Positions 1 through 8,624 of a DNA stretch of 64,000 bases are shown here, piece by piece. The notes under the pieces are model-generated. The model worked only from the letters and a program-made list of their open reading frames with translations. It did no database searches and had not been told where the DNA came from. The stretch comes from an uncultured Acidobacteriota bacterium (GTDB taxonomy: Bacteria > Acidobacteriota > Vicinamibacteria > Vicinamibacterales > 2-12-FULL-66-21), in contig CAWDRS010000011.1 in NCBI GenBank assembly GCA_963804795.1, positions 281,228 through 345,227 of the forward strand, read 5' to 3'. Both the position numbers and the translations under genes were made by a program. Each line of letters starts with the position of its first letter. Within the stretch, counting starts at the first letter, position 1.

Positions 1-476
1 CGCCAATTGCCACGGAGCATCGGCCCGGCCGGGATGACGATGGCGGGAAGGTTCGCGCTCGTCGCGCCCATGACGAGTGCCGGGATGGTCTTGTCGCAGC
101 CGCCCATCAGGACGACGCCGTCCACGGGATAGGAGCGCAGCGCCTCCTCCGCCTCCATCGCCAGCAGGTTCCGATACATCATCGTGCTCGGCTTCATGTA
201 CGTCTCGCCGAGCGTCATGACCGGGATTTCCATCGGGAAACCACCGGCCTGCCAGATCCCGCGTTTGACCTCCTCCGCGCGCACCCGGAAGTGCGTGTGG
301 CACGGGTTGGCGTCGCTCCAGGTGTTCAGGATGGCGATGACCGGCTTGCCCGAGATGTCGTCGAGGCTGAACCCCGCCTGTTTCGCGCGGGACCGGTGGC
401 CGAAGGATCGCAGGTCGTCTTTGCCGAACCAGCGGTGACTGCGAAGGTCCGATGGCTGACGGCGCGGTCGGCTCAT
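1..476 (-). CDS. IlvD/Edd-family sugar-acid dehydratase, N-terminal ~158 codons (gene runs off the window start)
   Basis: Manual reverse translation from ATG 476-474 gives MSRPRRQPSDLRSHRWFGKDDLRSFGHRSRAKQAGF..KPVIAILNTWSDANPCHTHFRVRAEEVKRGIWQAGGFPMEIPVMTLGE..DGVVLMGGCDKTIPALVMGA..PAGPMLRGNW. The motif order (PCH.H, AGGFP.E, GGCDKT) is that of dihydroxy-acid, arabinonate and xylonate dehydratases. The start overlaps the upstream stop (ATGA). It is absent from the ORF track because it is truncated by the window edge. Confidence 0.85.
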   Translation of the reverse strand, partial: MSRPRRQPSDLRSHRWFGKDDLRSFGHRSRAKQAGFSLDDISGKPVIAILNTWSDANPCHTHFRVRAEEVKRGIWQAGGFPMEIPVMTLGETYMKPSTMMYRNLLAMEAEEALRSYPVDGVVLMGGCDKTIPALVMGATSANLPAIVIPAGPMLRGNW

Positions 477-1408
477 GCCAGGGACTCTGATCGCTCGGCG
501 AGCGCGTGCGCGACGGGTGCGAGACGACTCAGCTCGGTTGCCGTCAGCGGCGACACGAACGGCGGGATGGGGCCCGTCGATGCGATGCCGGCGAGCTCGG
601 TCGCATGGTGCAGGACGCGCGCAGGACCCCACGCGTCGCGAAGGTCCTCGAGGGGCATGAACGTCGCCCGGATCCGCTCGGCTTCGTCCCATTGCCGCGC
701 GTGGCACGCCGTCAGGAGCTGGCTGCAGGCGGCCGGGGCGAAGCAGCCGGAACCGGTCGTGAACCCGTCGAGCTGATAGTCGCGCAGGTGCACGATCGCC
801 GGACGTTCGCCCATGCCGCTGATCACGCGGGCGCGATCCACGCGCCGCAACAGACCGTCGAGATACGGATCCTGGCGAGGATCGTCCCGGACGACGGCGT
901 ATTTGATCGCGACGCCGACGCCATCGTCCATGAGCCGGCCGATCGCGTCGAGCCCGGCATCGAGGGCCGATCCGAAGCCGTCCTCCGACTTCAGATAGAG
1001 GATCAGCGGGACGCCTGCGGCGTCAGCCACTTCGCGAAGTCCCGCCTCCATACCCGCGGCGTCGCGCGGGTCGCCGCAGGGGAGCATCATCGCGCAGCGG
1101 AACGCGTGCCGGCGGAGGAGACGCGCCTGATCCATCGCGCGGCCGAACGAGGGGCCGAGGCTCGGGATGGCCCATCGCGTCGACGGAAACGCGGCAAGCC
1201 AGCCGAGGAGGACGTCGTATTCGTCGGTCGTGATGTGGTACAGGAACGCGTTGCCGCCGTAGAGGTAGCGGGTGACGCCGCCGGCCTCGATGTGCCGCGC
1301 CACGCATTCGGCAGCGTCGAGGTCGAGGCTGCGGCGGGCGTCCCGCTTGCGCGGGAGCGGCGGCACCGCAAAAACGGCCCTGAGTTCTTGTGTCGTGATG
1401 TCGGTCAC
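473..1408 (-). CDS. DapA/DHDPS-N-acetylneuraminate-lyase family protein, candidate 2-keto-3-deoxy-sugar-acid dehydratase/aldolase
   Basis: Last 311 codons of ORF 473..3064(-): VTDITTQELRAVFAVPP..GGVTRYLYGGNAFLYHITTDEYDVLLGW..GVAIKYAV.. (Lys-containing strand typical of the family). The GTG at 1408 has GGAG 6 nt upstream. Function is inferred from the operon context. Confidence 0.65.
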   Translation of the reverse strand: MTDITTQELRAVFAVPPLPRKRDARRSLDLDAAECVARHIEAGGVTRYLYGGNAFLYHITTDEYDVLLGWLAAFPSTRWAIPSLGPSFGRAMDQARLLRRHAFRCAMMLPCGDPRDAAGMEAGLREVADAAGVPLILYLKSEDGFGSALDAGLDAIGRLMDDGVGVAIKYAVVRDDPRQDPYLDGLLRRVDRARVISGMGERPAIVHLRDYQLDGFTTGSGCFAPAACSQLLTACHARQWDEAERIRATFMPLEDLRDAWGPARVLHHATELAGIASTGPIPPFVSPLTATELSRLAPVAHALAERSESLA

Positions 1409-2809
1409 TGAGACTCCGATCAAGCCGGCGGTCAGACCCAGGTCTGACCCCAAGACGACGCTAGAAGACCTGACCCCGATCGCAGGATTTGCGACACCTG
1501 CCTCCGGCACCGCGTGCGGTGGTGGGCGATCGGCCGGCAGCCGCAGGGTCAGAACCAGGACCGCTTCGATCACCAGCGATCCTGCCAGGACGAGCAGCCC
1601 CCCGGTATAGCCGCCGGTCAGATCCCGCAAGGTCCCCATGATCGAGGGACCAAAAAATCCCCCGAGGTTTCCCACGGCGTTGATGAGCCCGATGCCGGCG
1701 GCAGCCGCTGCGCCGCCCAGCAGCATCGGCGGCATGGCCCAGAACACGCTCATCACCGACCGCTGCCCCATCTGCGACAGCGTGAAGCTGAGCACCAGCA
1801 GCCATACATTGTCCCGGAAGGCGACCGCCAGCAGCAAGCCCGTCGCCGCGGTGACCGCGCACGCCGCCACGTGCATCTTGCGCTCCCCCGTGCGATCCGA
1901 ATGCCGCCCGATCACGACCATCGCGATGAGCGCCGCCACGAACGGGATCGACGTCAGCGTGCTCAACCCGTAGCCGGTCGACCCGGATGCGTCCGCCAGG
2001 ATCTTCGGCAGCCAGAGAAAGATCCCGTACGTGACGGTGGTGTTCAGGAAGTACACCGCGCAGAGCAGCCACACGCGGCCGCTCGCCAGACTTCGGGCGA
2101 TAGACACGTGACCCGTCTGATTCCGGCGCGCCCGCTCGGCATTCATGACCCGGGACAACCACTCGCGGTCGCCATCCGGCAGCCAGGTGGCCTGCTCCGG
2201 CCGATCGGTCAGCACCCGGAGCGCGAGGACCCCCAGCAGCACGGCCGGCAGCCCCTCCAGCACGAAGAGCCATTGCCATCCATGGAGTCCCATCCAGCCG
2301 TCCAGGCCCAGGATGGCCTCGGAGACCGGCGCGCCGACGATGATCGCGACCGGAGCGGCCATCATGAAGAGCGCACCCGTACGGGCGCGCTCCTCGGCGG
2401 GAACCCAGTACGTGAGGTAGAGCACGACACCAGGAAAGAACCCGGCCTCGGCGATTCCCAGCACGATCCGCGCGACATAGAACGTCGTCACTCCGGTGAC
2501 GAACATCGTCAACATCGAGACGATGCCCCAGACGATCATGATCCGCGCGATCCAGCGCCGCGCGCCGACGCGGTCCAGGATGAGATTGCTGGGGATCTCG
2601 AACAGGCAGTAGCCCAGAAAGAAGAGGCCGGCGCCGATGCCGTACTGGGTGTGGCTCAGCCCGAGGTCGCGCTGCAGGGCGCCAGCGGCGAACCCGATGT
2701 TCACGCGGTCGATGTACGCGACCACATAGCTGAGGAACACGAACGGAATGATGCGTCGTGTGACGCGATCGACGATCAGCCGGCGACGGGCCGCATCAGG
2801 ATCGGACAT
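1409..2809 (-). CDS. MFS transporter (anion:cation symporter-like, sugar-acid type); no stop codon before the downstream DapA-like gene
   Basis: Internal ATG at 2809 of ORF 473..3064(-): MSDPDAARRRLIVDRVTRRIIPFVFLSYVVAYIDRVNIGFAAGALQRDLGLSHTQYGIGAGLFFLGYCLFEIPSNLILDRVGARRWIARIM.. with about 12 hydrophobic spans. The frame stays open through a 40-codon linker into the next gene. Confidence 0.8.
1430..1449. other. Perfect inverted repeat GGTCAGACC-CA-GGTCTGACC in the MFS/DapA-like junction
   Basis: Read directly from the sequence. It has the look of an intergenic hairpin, although the reading frame is open across it. Confidence 0.6.
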
Positions 2810-2835
2810 GGTCTGGCGGAGCGCACGATACCACG

Positions 2836-3222
2836 TTATCCACGGCCGAACCGGGCAGTTACCTCGATCTCGATACGCATCCGCGGATCGGCCAGGCCGG
2901 CACAGATCATCGTGGCCGCCGGCCGCACCTCGCCGAAGTACTTCCGCAGGATCGGCCAGCACCGAGAGAACTCCGCCGCGTTCGGCAGGATGTACGTGAC
3001 CCGCACCACGTCGCGGAGGCTCGCGCCCGCCTGGGCCAGCGCCGATTCGATGTTCTTCAAGCACTGCTCGGTCTGCTCGACCAGGTCCTCAGGAATCGTC
3101 ATCGACATGTAGTCGAAGCCGGTCGTTCCCGACACGAACACCCAGTCGCCGTCCACGACTGCGCGGGGATACCCGATTTCGTTTTCGAACGTCGAGCCCG
3201 AGCTGATCAGCCGGCGCGCCAT
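2836..3222 (-). CDS. ridA: RidA/YjgF/UK114-family reactive-intermediate deaminase
   Basis: ORF 2836..3258(-) from the internal ATG at 3222, with a GGAGGAG Shine-Dalgarno upstream. MARRLISSGSTFENEIGYPRAVVDGDWVFVSGTTG..LKNIESALAQAGASLRDVVRVTYIL..IEIEVTA is the typical RidA pattern. Confidence 0.85.
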   Translation of the reverse strand: MARRLISSGSTFENEIGYPRAVVDGDWVFVSGTTGFDYMSMTIPEDLVEQTEQCLKNIESALAQAGASLRDVVRVTYILPNAAEFSRCWPILRKYFGEVRPAATMICAGLADPRMRIEIEVTARFGRG

Positions 3223-3253
3223 GCGTGTCTCCTCCGTCTCTGAAAGGACTAAT

Positions 3254-3395
3254 CTCATCCGAGGGGCTTCGCCCCTCGGACTCCCCTACACGCGCTCTCG
3301 CGCGCCGCTTCGCCGGCGCGCTTCCGCCTCCGCGCGAAGCTCGCGTGGCTCGCTCGCCGTGCTCGCTCGCGCCGCATTTGTGAGATGCGTTCTAC
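3254..3395 (+). repeat. Repeat family A, copy A1 (short form)
   Basis: CTCATCCGAGGGGCTTCGCCCCTCGGACTCCCCTACACGCGCTCTCGCGCGCCGCTTCGCCGGCGCGC...CATTTGTGAGATGCGTTCTA. The same module recurs at 4590, 49438, 52222, 58341 and 62791. Confidence 0.9.
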
Positions 3396-3472
3396 TCCGT
3401 GAGCTGTTCTCTGCCGAGAGTTCACATTCGACAATGGAACGTCGAACGGCGCGTCGCGGAAAGGAGAACCAC

Positions 3473-4027
3473 ATGGTCGCTCATGCAGGGCGCGTGTTCA
3501 CGCTCATGCTGATTCCCATGACAGCCTGCACCACAACCGGTCGCAATCCTTTGAGTGCGCTTCGGACCGAAGCGGCCTCGATACAAGACGAGGTAATCCC
3601 CGGCCGCTGGGAGCAGGTGAGCGCCCTCGAACCGGATGCGCCGCTCGTCGTGACGACCAACGACGGACGGCGCCTCGAGGGCGTCTTCAACGTGTTGGAC
3701 TCCGCGACGCTCGTGCTCACCGCCGCGGGTGGAACGCCAGTCGTCGTGGCGAGATCCGACATCGCCCGAATCACAGCGCCCGCAACGAACGACGGGCTCA
3801 CCAACGGCATCTTGATCGGCGCCGGCACGGGGCTGGGACTGGCGATTTCGATTCTGAGCGCGCTCGGTGCGCAGGACGGCTACGTCCTCCCGTCGGCGAA
3901 GGTGGGCGCCCCGTTGCTCCTCACCGGCGTTGGGGGCCTGGTCGGAATGTTGATAGATCGTGGACACAGAAAACCCGGGCGGCTGCTCTACGTGGCTCGG
4001 CGACCGATGCAGGATTCAAGACAGTGA
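3473..4027 (+). CDS. Hypothetical lipoprotein with a C-terminal Gly-rich hydrophobic region
   Basis: ATG at 3473 preceded by AAGGAGA. MVAHAGRVFTLMLIPMTAC carries a lipobox-like LIPMTAC. I recognise no family. Confidence 0.6.
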   Translation: MVAHAGRVFTLMLIPMTACTTTGRNPLSALRTEAASIQDEVIPGRWEQVSALEPDAPLVVTTNDGRRLEGVFNVLDSATLVLTAAGGTPVVVARSDIARITAPATNDGLTNGILIGAGTGLGLAISILSALGAQDGYVLPSAKVGAPLLLTGVGGLVGMLIDRGHRKPGRLLYVARRPMQDSRQ

Positions 4028-4567
4028 CTGCGCGAACGGCACGATCCTGGTCACCGTCGACCAGTTCCGGCAGGTCGCACACACGCCGAGCTCTTTCTCG
4101 ACGAAGGTGTTCGGGATGCCGAAGAACCCGTTCTTCTTCCTGCGGCTGACGACGAACGCCTCCCGGTCGCGGATCGCCACGAGCTCGAGCGCCTCCTGGC
4201 GCGCGACGATCGGAAGCGTCGGCGTGCGGCGAGGTGCCTCGGACAGGAACGCGACATACAGCTTGATTCCCGATTCCCCCTGGTACGCCTTGAAAGGGGC
4301 GCGCGCGATGAGCCCCTCGATCTCGCCGACGGTTCTCAACAGCATCACGGGCTCCTCATCCAGCACGGAGTGAAGCGTGCGAGTGATCTTGCGCATCACT
4401 GCTGCCACATCCCTGGCCGATGCCTCGAAGACGATATTGCCGCTTTGAATGAAGGTGCCGACCGTCGGGCATCCGGCTTTGGCGAAGGCATCCCGGACGT
4501 CGCTCATCATCACACGGCCATGGCCAGGCACGTTGACCGCACGCATGAAGGCGATGTAGCTGGTCAT
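4016..4567 (-). CDS. DUF1697 family protein
   Basis: Internal ATG at 4567 of ORF 4016..4594(-). MTSYIAFMRAVNVPGHGRVMMSDVRDAFAKAGCPTVGTFIQSGNIVFEA matches the family's conserved N-terminus as I remember it. Confidence 0.8.
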   Translation of the reverse strand: MTSYIAFMRAVNVPGHGRVMMSDVRDAFAKAGCPTVGTFIQSGNIVFEASARDVAAVMRKITRTLHSVLDEEPVMLLRTVGEIEGLIARAPFKAYQGESGIKLYVAFLSEAPRRTPTLPIVARQEALELVAIRDREAFVVSRRKKNGFFGIPNTFVEKELGVCATCRNWSTVTRIVPFAQSLS

Positions 4568-4589
4568 GAAGGACTCGGCGCTACCGGTT

Positions 4590-4832
4590 CTCATCCGAGG
4601 GGCTTCGCCCCTCGGACTCCCCTACACGCGCTCTCGCGCGCCGCTTCGCCGGCGCGCTCCGCTCGCGTGGCTCGCTCGCCATACTCGCTCGCTCCGTAGA
4701 ATGAGCGCCCCTCGGACTCCCCAACACGCTCTCTCGCGCGCCGCTTCGCCGGCGCGCTTCGCTCGCGTGGCTCGCTCGCCATACTCGCTCGCTCCGTAGA
4801 ATGAGCAGCAGGTTTATGAGACAGCTTAACTA
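4590..4832 (+). repeat. Repeat family A, tandem copies A2+A3 (about 101-115 bp units) ending in GCAGGTTTATGAGACAGCTTAACTAG
   Basis: Two consecutive units start at 4590 and 4705. The terminal module is the reverse complement of the start of copy A5 at 52222. Confidence 0.9.
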
Positions 4833-5132
4833 GGGTTTCGTGTGCTGCGACGGACCGGAGTCCAGAGTTTCCGGGTCATCATCCGCAAGCCGGAAGCGGC
4901 CGGCCTCGGCGGAATCGAGCAGCGAGCGCGCCTGCTCGACGTCGGACGGGGCCACGAGGATCGCGACCGCTCCGAGTCCATCCAACGTCAGGCCGTGGGT
5001 GTGCCGCAGCGCTTCACCGCGCTCGATCGTCGCGATGCCGGCAGCTTCCAGGAAGGCGCGTACCTGCTGCGCATGCAGCTCGCCATTCGCCACGAACACG
5101 CACTGTGTCGGGTGATCCATACGAACCTTCAT
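4830..5132 (-). CDS. DUF2007-like small protein (putative signal-transducing fold)
   Basis: Last 100 codons of ORF 4830..6026(-): [40 protein letters not shown]... Size and pattern resemble DUF2007. Confidence 0.55.
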   Translation of the reverse strand: MKVRMDHPTQCVFVANGELHAQQVRAFLEAAGIATIERGEALRHTHGLTLDGLGAVAILVAPSDVEQARSLLDSAEAGRFRLADDDPETLDSGPSQHTKP

Positions 5133-5182
5133 TTCTTCGTTGCGAAGAACGCTCACAGGCTCCGAAAGCTCGCCCACCAACG

Positions 5183-6026
5183 TCACGCAACAGTATTCGC
5201 AACAGTATTCACCAGCGTTCCGATTGGCTCGATGGTGATGGCAATCTCGTCGCCGGCGGCGAGCGTGAAATCGTCTGGCGGCACGACGCCCGTTCCCGTG
5301 AGCAGCACACAGCCGTGCGGAAAGCTGTTGTCGCGGAACAAGTACCTCGACCAGCTCGCCTGGTTGCCGCTTCATCGACGACAAGGTCGTCCAACCTGCG
5401 AAGACGTTCTCGCCGCTCCGCCGAATCACGAGACGGACCTCGGTCTCGGGCGCGAGCGGGGCCGAGGCGATCAGCACGCACGGACCGAGCCCGCAGCTGC
5501 CGTCGTACACCTTCGCCTGCGGAAGATAGAGTGGATTCTCCCCTTCGATGTCGCGGGAGCTCATGTCGTTGCCGATCGTGTATCCCACGATCGTGCCCTG
5601 CGCGCTGACGACGAGCGCGAGCTCGGGCTCCGGCACGTTCCATGTGGCATCGCGGCGAATGCGGACCGGCTGGCCATGGCCGCGCACGCGATGCGGCGTC
5701 GCCTTGAAGAAGAGCTCAGGGCGCGCGGCATCGTAGACGCGATCGTAGAAGTCGCCCCCTCCTGCCGACTTCGATTCTTCCATCCGCGCCGTGCGGCTCC
5801 GGAAGTAAGTGACCCCCGCCGCCCACACCTCCTGGGATCCGATTGGTGCAAGGAGCCCCCGGAGATCCGGGGTGCCGTCGATCAAGGTTCCGGTTGCGAT
5901 CTGACCCGTCACCCACCCGTGCAGGTCGGCACGATTCACGACGCTGTCCCAGGTCTCACCAGCAAGCCTGAACCAGGCGCCGCCGGACTCGACGAGCACG
6001 GAGCCCGGAAGTTGAAACAATCGCAT
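5183..6026 (-). pseudogene. Fumarylacetoacetate-hydrolase (FAH) family protein, KdaD/XylX-like 2-keto-3-deoxy-pentonate dehydratase candidate, with a +1 frameshift at 5342-5346
   Basis: The N-terminus of ORF 4830..6026(-) is FAH-like up to ..KRQPGELVE. The conserved continuation [53 protein letters not shown] lies in the -1 frame and stops at 5183. The junction on the coding strand is GAG-G-TAC. Confidence 0.8.
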
Positions 6027-6047
6027 GTGGCTAGTCTACTGAATCGC

Positions 6048-6183
6048 GTCGGCGCTCGGCGCTCGGGGCTCGGCGCGTCGGACGGTCGGCGTTCGGCGTT
6101 CGGCATCGGAGCGTCGCCTGTTGGCACGGCCGACCGTGGAGCCCCGACTGCGACTGCCCGAGCGCCGAGCGCCGAGCGCCGGC
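6048..6183. repeat. Long intergenic hairpin whose stem is built from CGGCGCT tandem words
   Basis: The left arm GTCGGCGCTCGGCGCTCGGGGCTCGG (6048-) pairs with the right arm CCCGAGCGCCGAGCGCCGAGCGCCGGC (-6183). The core CGGCGCTCGGCGCTCGG is a perfect 17-nt complement. Confidence 0.8.
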
Positions 6184-6188
6184 AATCG

Positions 6189-7634
6189 TCAGTACTTGAG
6201 ATACGCCGTCTGGATCTCCGTGTAGAAATCGACGGCGACGCCGCCCTGTTCCCGCATCCCCATCGAAGAGGCTTTGGAGCCGCCAAATGGCACGTGGTAC
6301 TCGACACCCGCCGACGGCAGGTTCACCATCACGAGGCCGGCATCGATCCGGTTGATGAACTCGTACGCCGCGGTGAGCGAGCGCGTGCAGATGCCCGCGG
6401 ACAAGCCGAATCGTATGCCGTTGGCGATCTCGATCGCCCGATCGAGGTTCTCGGCGGGCAGCACCGCGAGGACTGGACCGAAAATCTCCTCCTGTGCCAC
6501 GCGCATCGAGGGTGCCACGTCGGTCATGACCGCCGGTGAGGAAAAGTAGCCGCGCGCGTACGCGCCGTCGCTCAGCCGCTCCCCGCCGGTGAGGACGCGC
6601 GCACCCTCACGACTCCCGACGCCGACGTAGTCGAGAACGATCCCGAGCTGTTTGTCGTCGATCGACGGACCAATGTCGATCCCCGACTCGAGGCCGTTGC
6701 CGACCTTGAGCCCCTTCGTCCGCGCGACGAGCGCCTCGGTGAACCGTTCGACGATCGGCGCCTCGACGATCACGCGAGAGGTCGCCGTGCACCGCTGCCC
6801 GGTCGAGAAGAACGCCGCGTTCACGACGACGTTCACCGCATCCGCGACGTCGGCGTCGCCGAGCACGATCGTCGGGTTCTTTCCGCCCATCTCGAGCTGC
6901 ACGCGCGCGCGGCGCTTCGCGGCCTCGATGGCAATCTGGCTGCCGGTCGCCTCGGAACCGGTGAACGAGATCGCTTTGACGTCGGGGTTGGTGACGATCT
7001 CGTTCCCGACCTTCGAGCCGGGGCCGGTGACGAGATTGATGGCGCCCTTCGTGACGCCCGCTTCGTCGAGCGCCTCGACCAGCCGCAGCGCGCAGAGCGG
7101 CGCGAGATCCGACGGCTTCAGCACGACCGCATTGCCCGACACCAGCGCCGGCGCGGTCTTCCACGTCGGAATCGCAATCGGAAAGTTCCACGGCGTGATG
7201 AGTCCGACGACGCCGAGCGGACGGCGGCGGGTCTGGATCAGGACGCGGTCGCGCTCCGACGGCACGTTCTCTCCGCCGAGACGCGCACCCTCGCCGCCGA
7301 TGAAGCGCAGGATGTTGATGGCGCGCCCGACCTCGCCGCGCGCTTCCGGCAGCGTCTTGCCTTCCTCGCGCGTCATTTCGCGAGCCACCTGATCGGCCCG
7401 CGACTCGAGGATGTTGGCGGCACGGTAGAGGATTTCGCCTCGCTTCGGCGCGGGGATCGCCGCCCACGCCGGCTGCGCCGCTTTGGCCGCCGCGATCGCC
7501 TGACGCGTATCCTCTGCGTCGGACTTCTGGAAGGTCGCCACGACCTCGGTCGTGTCGGCTGGATTTCTGGTCTCGAACGTCGCGCCGCCACGCGCGGCGA
7601 CCCACTCGCCCCCGATGAGATTCTTGAAAGTCAT
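6189..7634 (-). CDS. NAD(P)+ aldehyde dehydrogenase, alpha-ketoglutarate-semialdehyde dehydrogenase-like
   Basis: ORF 6189..7637(-). The first listed codon is TTG and the ATG is at 7634. Motifs: ITPWNFP, VVLKPS, FTGS, LEMGGKNP, catalytic FSTGQRCTA, PFGGSK. Confidence 0.9.
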   Translation of the reverse strand: MTFKNLIGGEWVAARGGATFETRNPADTTEVVATFQKSDAEDTRQAIAAAKAAQPAWAAIPAPKRGEILYRAANILESRADQVAREMTREEGKTLPEARGEVGRAINILRFIGGEGARLGGENVPSERDRVLIQTRRRPLGVVGLITPWNFPIAIPTWKTAPALVSGNAVVLKPSDLAPLCALRLVEALDEAGVTKGAINLVTGPGSKVGNEIVTNPDVKAISFTGSEATGSQIAIEAAKRRARVQLEMGGKNPTIVLGDADVADAVNVVVNAAFFSTGQRCTATSRVIVEAPIVERFTEALVARTKGLKVGNGLESGIDIGPSIDDKQLGIVLDYVGVGSREGARVLTGGERLSDGAYARGYFSSPAVMTDVAPSMRVAQEEIFGPVLAVLPAENLDRAIEIANGIRFGLSAGICTRSLTAAYEFINRIDAGLVMVNLPSAGVEYHVPFGGSKASSMGMREQGGVAVDFYTEIQTAYLKY

Positions 7635-7693
7635 CAAACGAGGAGGCTAGCACACTCGTCGGGGTTCGAACGAGCGGGAGGCGCGTCAGGGAT

Positions 7694-8284
7694 TCAGCGC
7701 GCCGGATACCCGGCGTGCGCCTTGATCTCGCGAATCTGCAGGATGTGCCGCTGCGAGTGCGTCGAGATCATGAGGAACCACTGATAGACGTCCATGTTGC
7801 CGTCAATGAGCGCATGCCCGCGCAGATCTTCGCCGGTCGACTTCGCGTACTCGCGCATCGTCGCGCGGCGCTTGCTGAACTCCTCGAGTGGACCCTGCAC
7901 GGTCGGCCATCGTCCGGTCGGTACGCGGGCCTCGCCGGTCTTCTGCCGGTTCGTGCGGTCGATGCCATACCAGAGGATCGCCGCGTCGGTCGCCTCCGGC
8001 TTTGTCGTGACGGGCGCCTTCTTCATGGATTCCTGGACGCTCGTCCAATACTGCCCTTCCGCCACCGCGAGGTGCTCGACGACGTCCGTGATGCTCCAGC
8101 TCTCCGGCGTCATGCGGAATTTCAGCTGCGCCTCGGAAAGACCGCTCACCTCGCTCGCCAGCCACGCCCCGGTCATGTCGAGGTGTGCCAGGAGCCGCTG
8201 ACGGTCGCCCTCTGTCATCCCGGCAGCCACGGCGTGGCTGGAGGTCAGGACAAGACCAAGAATGCATCCAATGAGTGTGCGCAT
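7694..8284 (-). CDS. DinB-superfamily protein with signal peptide
   Basis: Internal ATG at 8284 of ORF 7694..8473(-): MRTLIGCILGLVLTSSHAVAAG.. then SWSITDVVEHLAVAE..ISTHSQRHILQIREIK (DinB-type His residues). Confidence 0.7.
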   Translation of the reverse strand: MRTLIGCILGLVLTSSHAVAAGMTEGDRQRLLAHLDMTGAWLASEVSGLSEAQLKFRMTPESWSITDVVEHLAVAEGQYWTSVQESMKKAPVTTKPEATDAAILWYGIDRTNRQKTGEARVPTGRWPTVQGPLEEFSKRRATMREYAKSTGEDLRGHALIDGNMDVYQWFLMISTHSQRHILQIREIKAHAGYPAR

Positions 8285-8624
8285 GGGCGCACTGTTGCCC
8301 GGGCCGCTCGAGGGGTCAAGGCTCCGGGGACGACGCGTCTTCGGGCCGGGACGAGCGGCGAACCCGGCGGTTTTTGGCGGTTCAACGTCGCGGGCGATCT
8401 GCCGATTCCTGAGGCATGGGACGAGGGATCGCGTTTGCGGCCATCCCGTCGACGAAAAGCGGCGCTGGCGCACCCCCGGGCGGGACGGCCCAGGTTGAAG
8501 GGACAGCCCAGGCGCAAATCTCCTTGATCTGATCGTCCTCGAATCCCGATAATTTGGGGATCGCGGTCGACTGTATACAAGGGGCGGCTTCGGCGGCTGT
8601 CAACACCACAGCCACAGACACACG

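Noticed and set aside
1514-3112. 532-aa plus-strand ORF
   Set aside because: It is antisense to the MFS transporter and RidA genes, and its translation is His/Arg/Asp/Pro-rich low complexity.
3221-4799. ORFs encoding peptides such as RGASPLGLPYTRSRAPLRRRA (also near 33272, 44407, 49125, 52146, 62689)
   Set aside because: These are translations of repeat families A and C in various frames and orientations. The same peptide recurs only because the DNA repeat recurs.
4842-6539. 565-aa plus-strand ORF
   Set aside because: It is antisense to the FAH-family and aldehyde dehydrogenase genes and spans an intergenic hairpin. No motifs are present.
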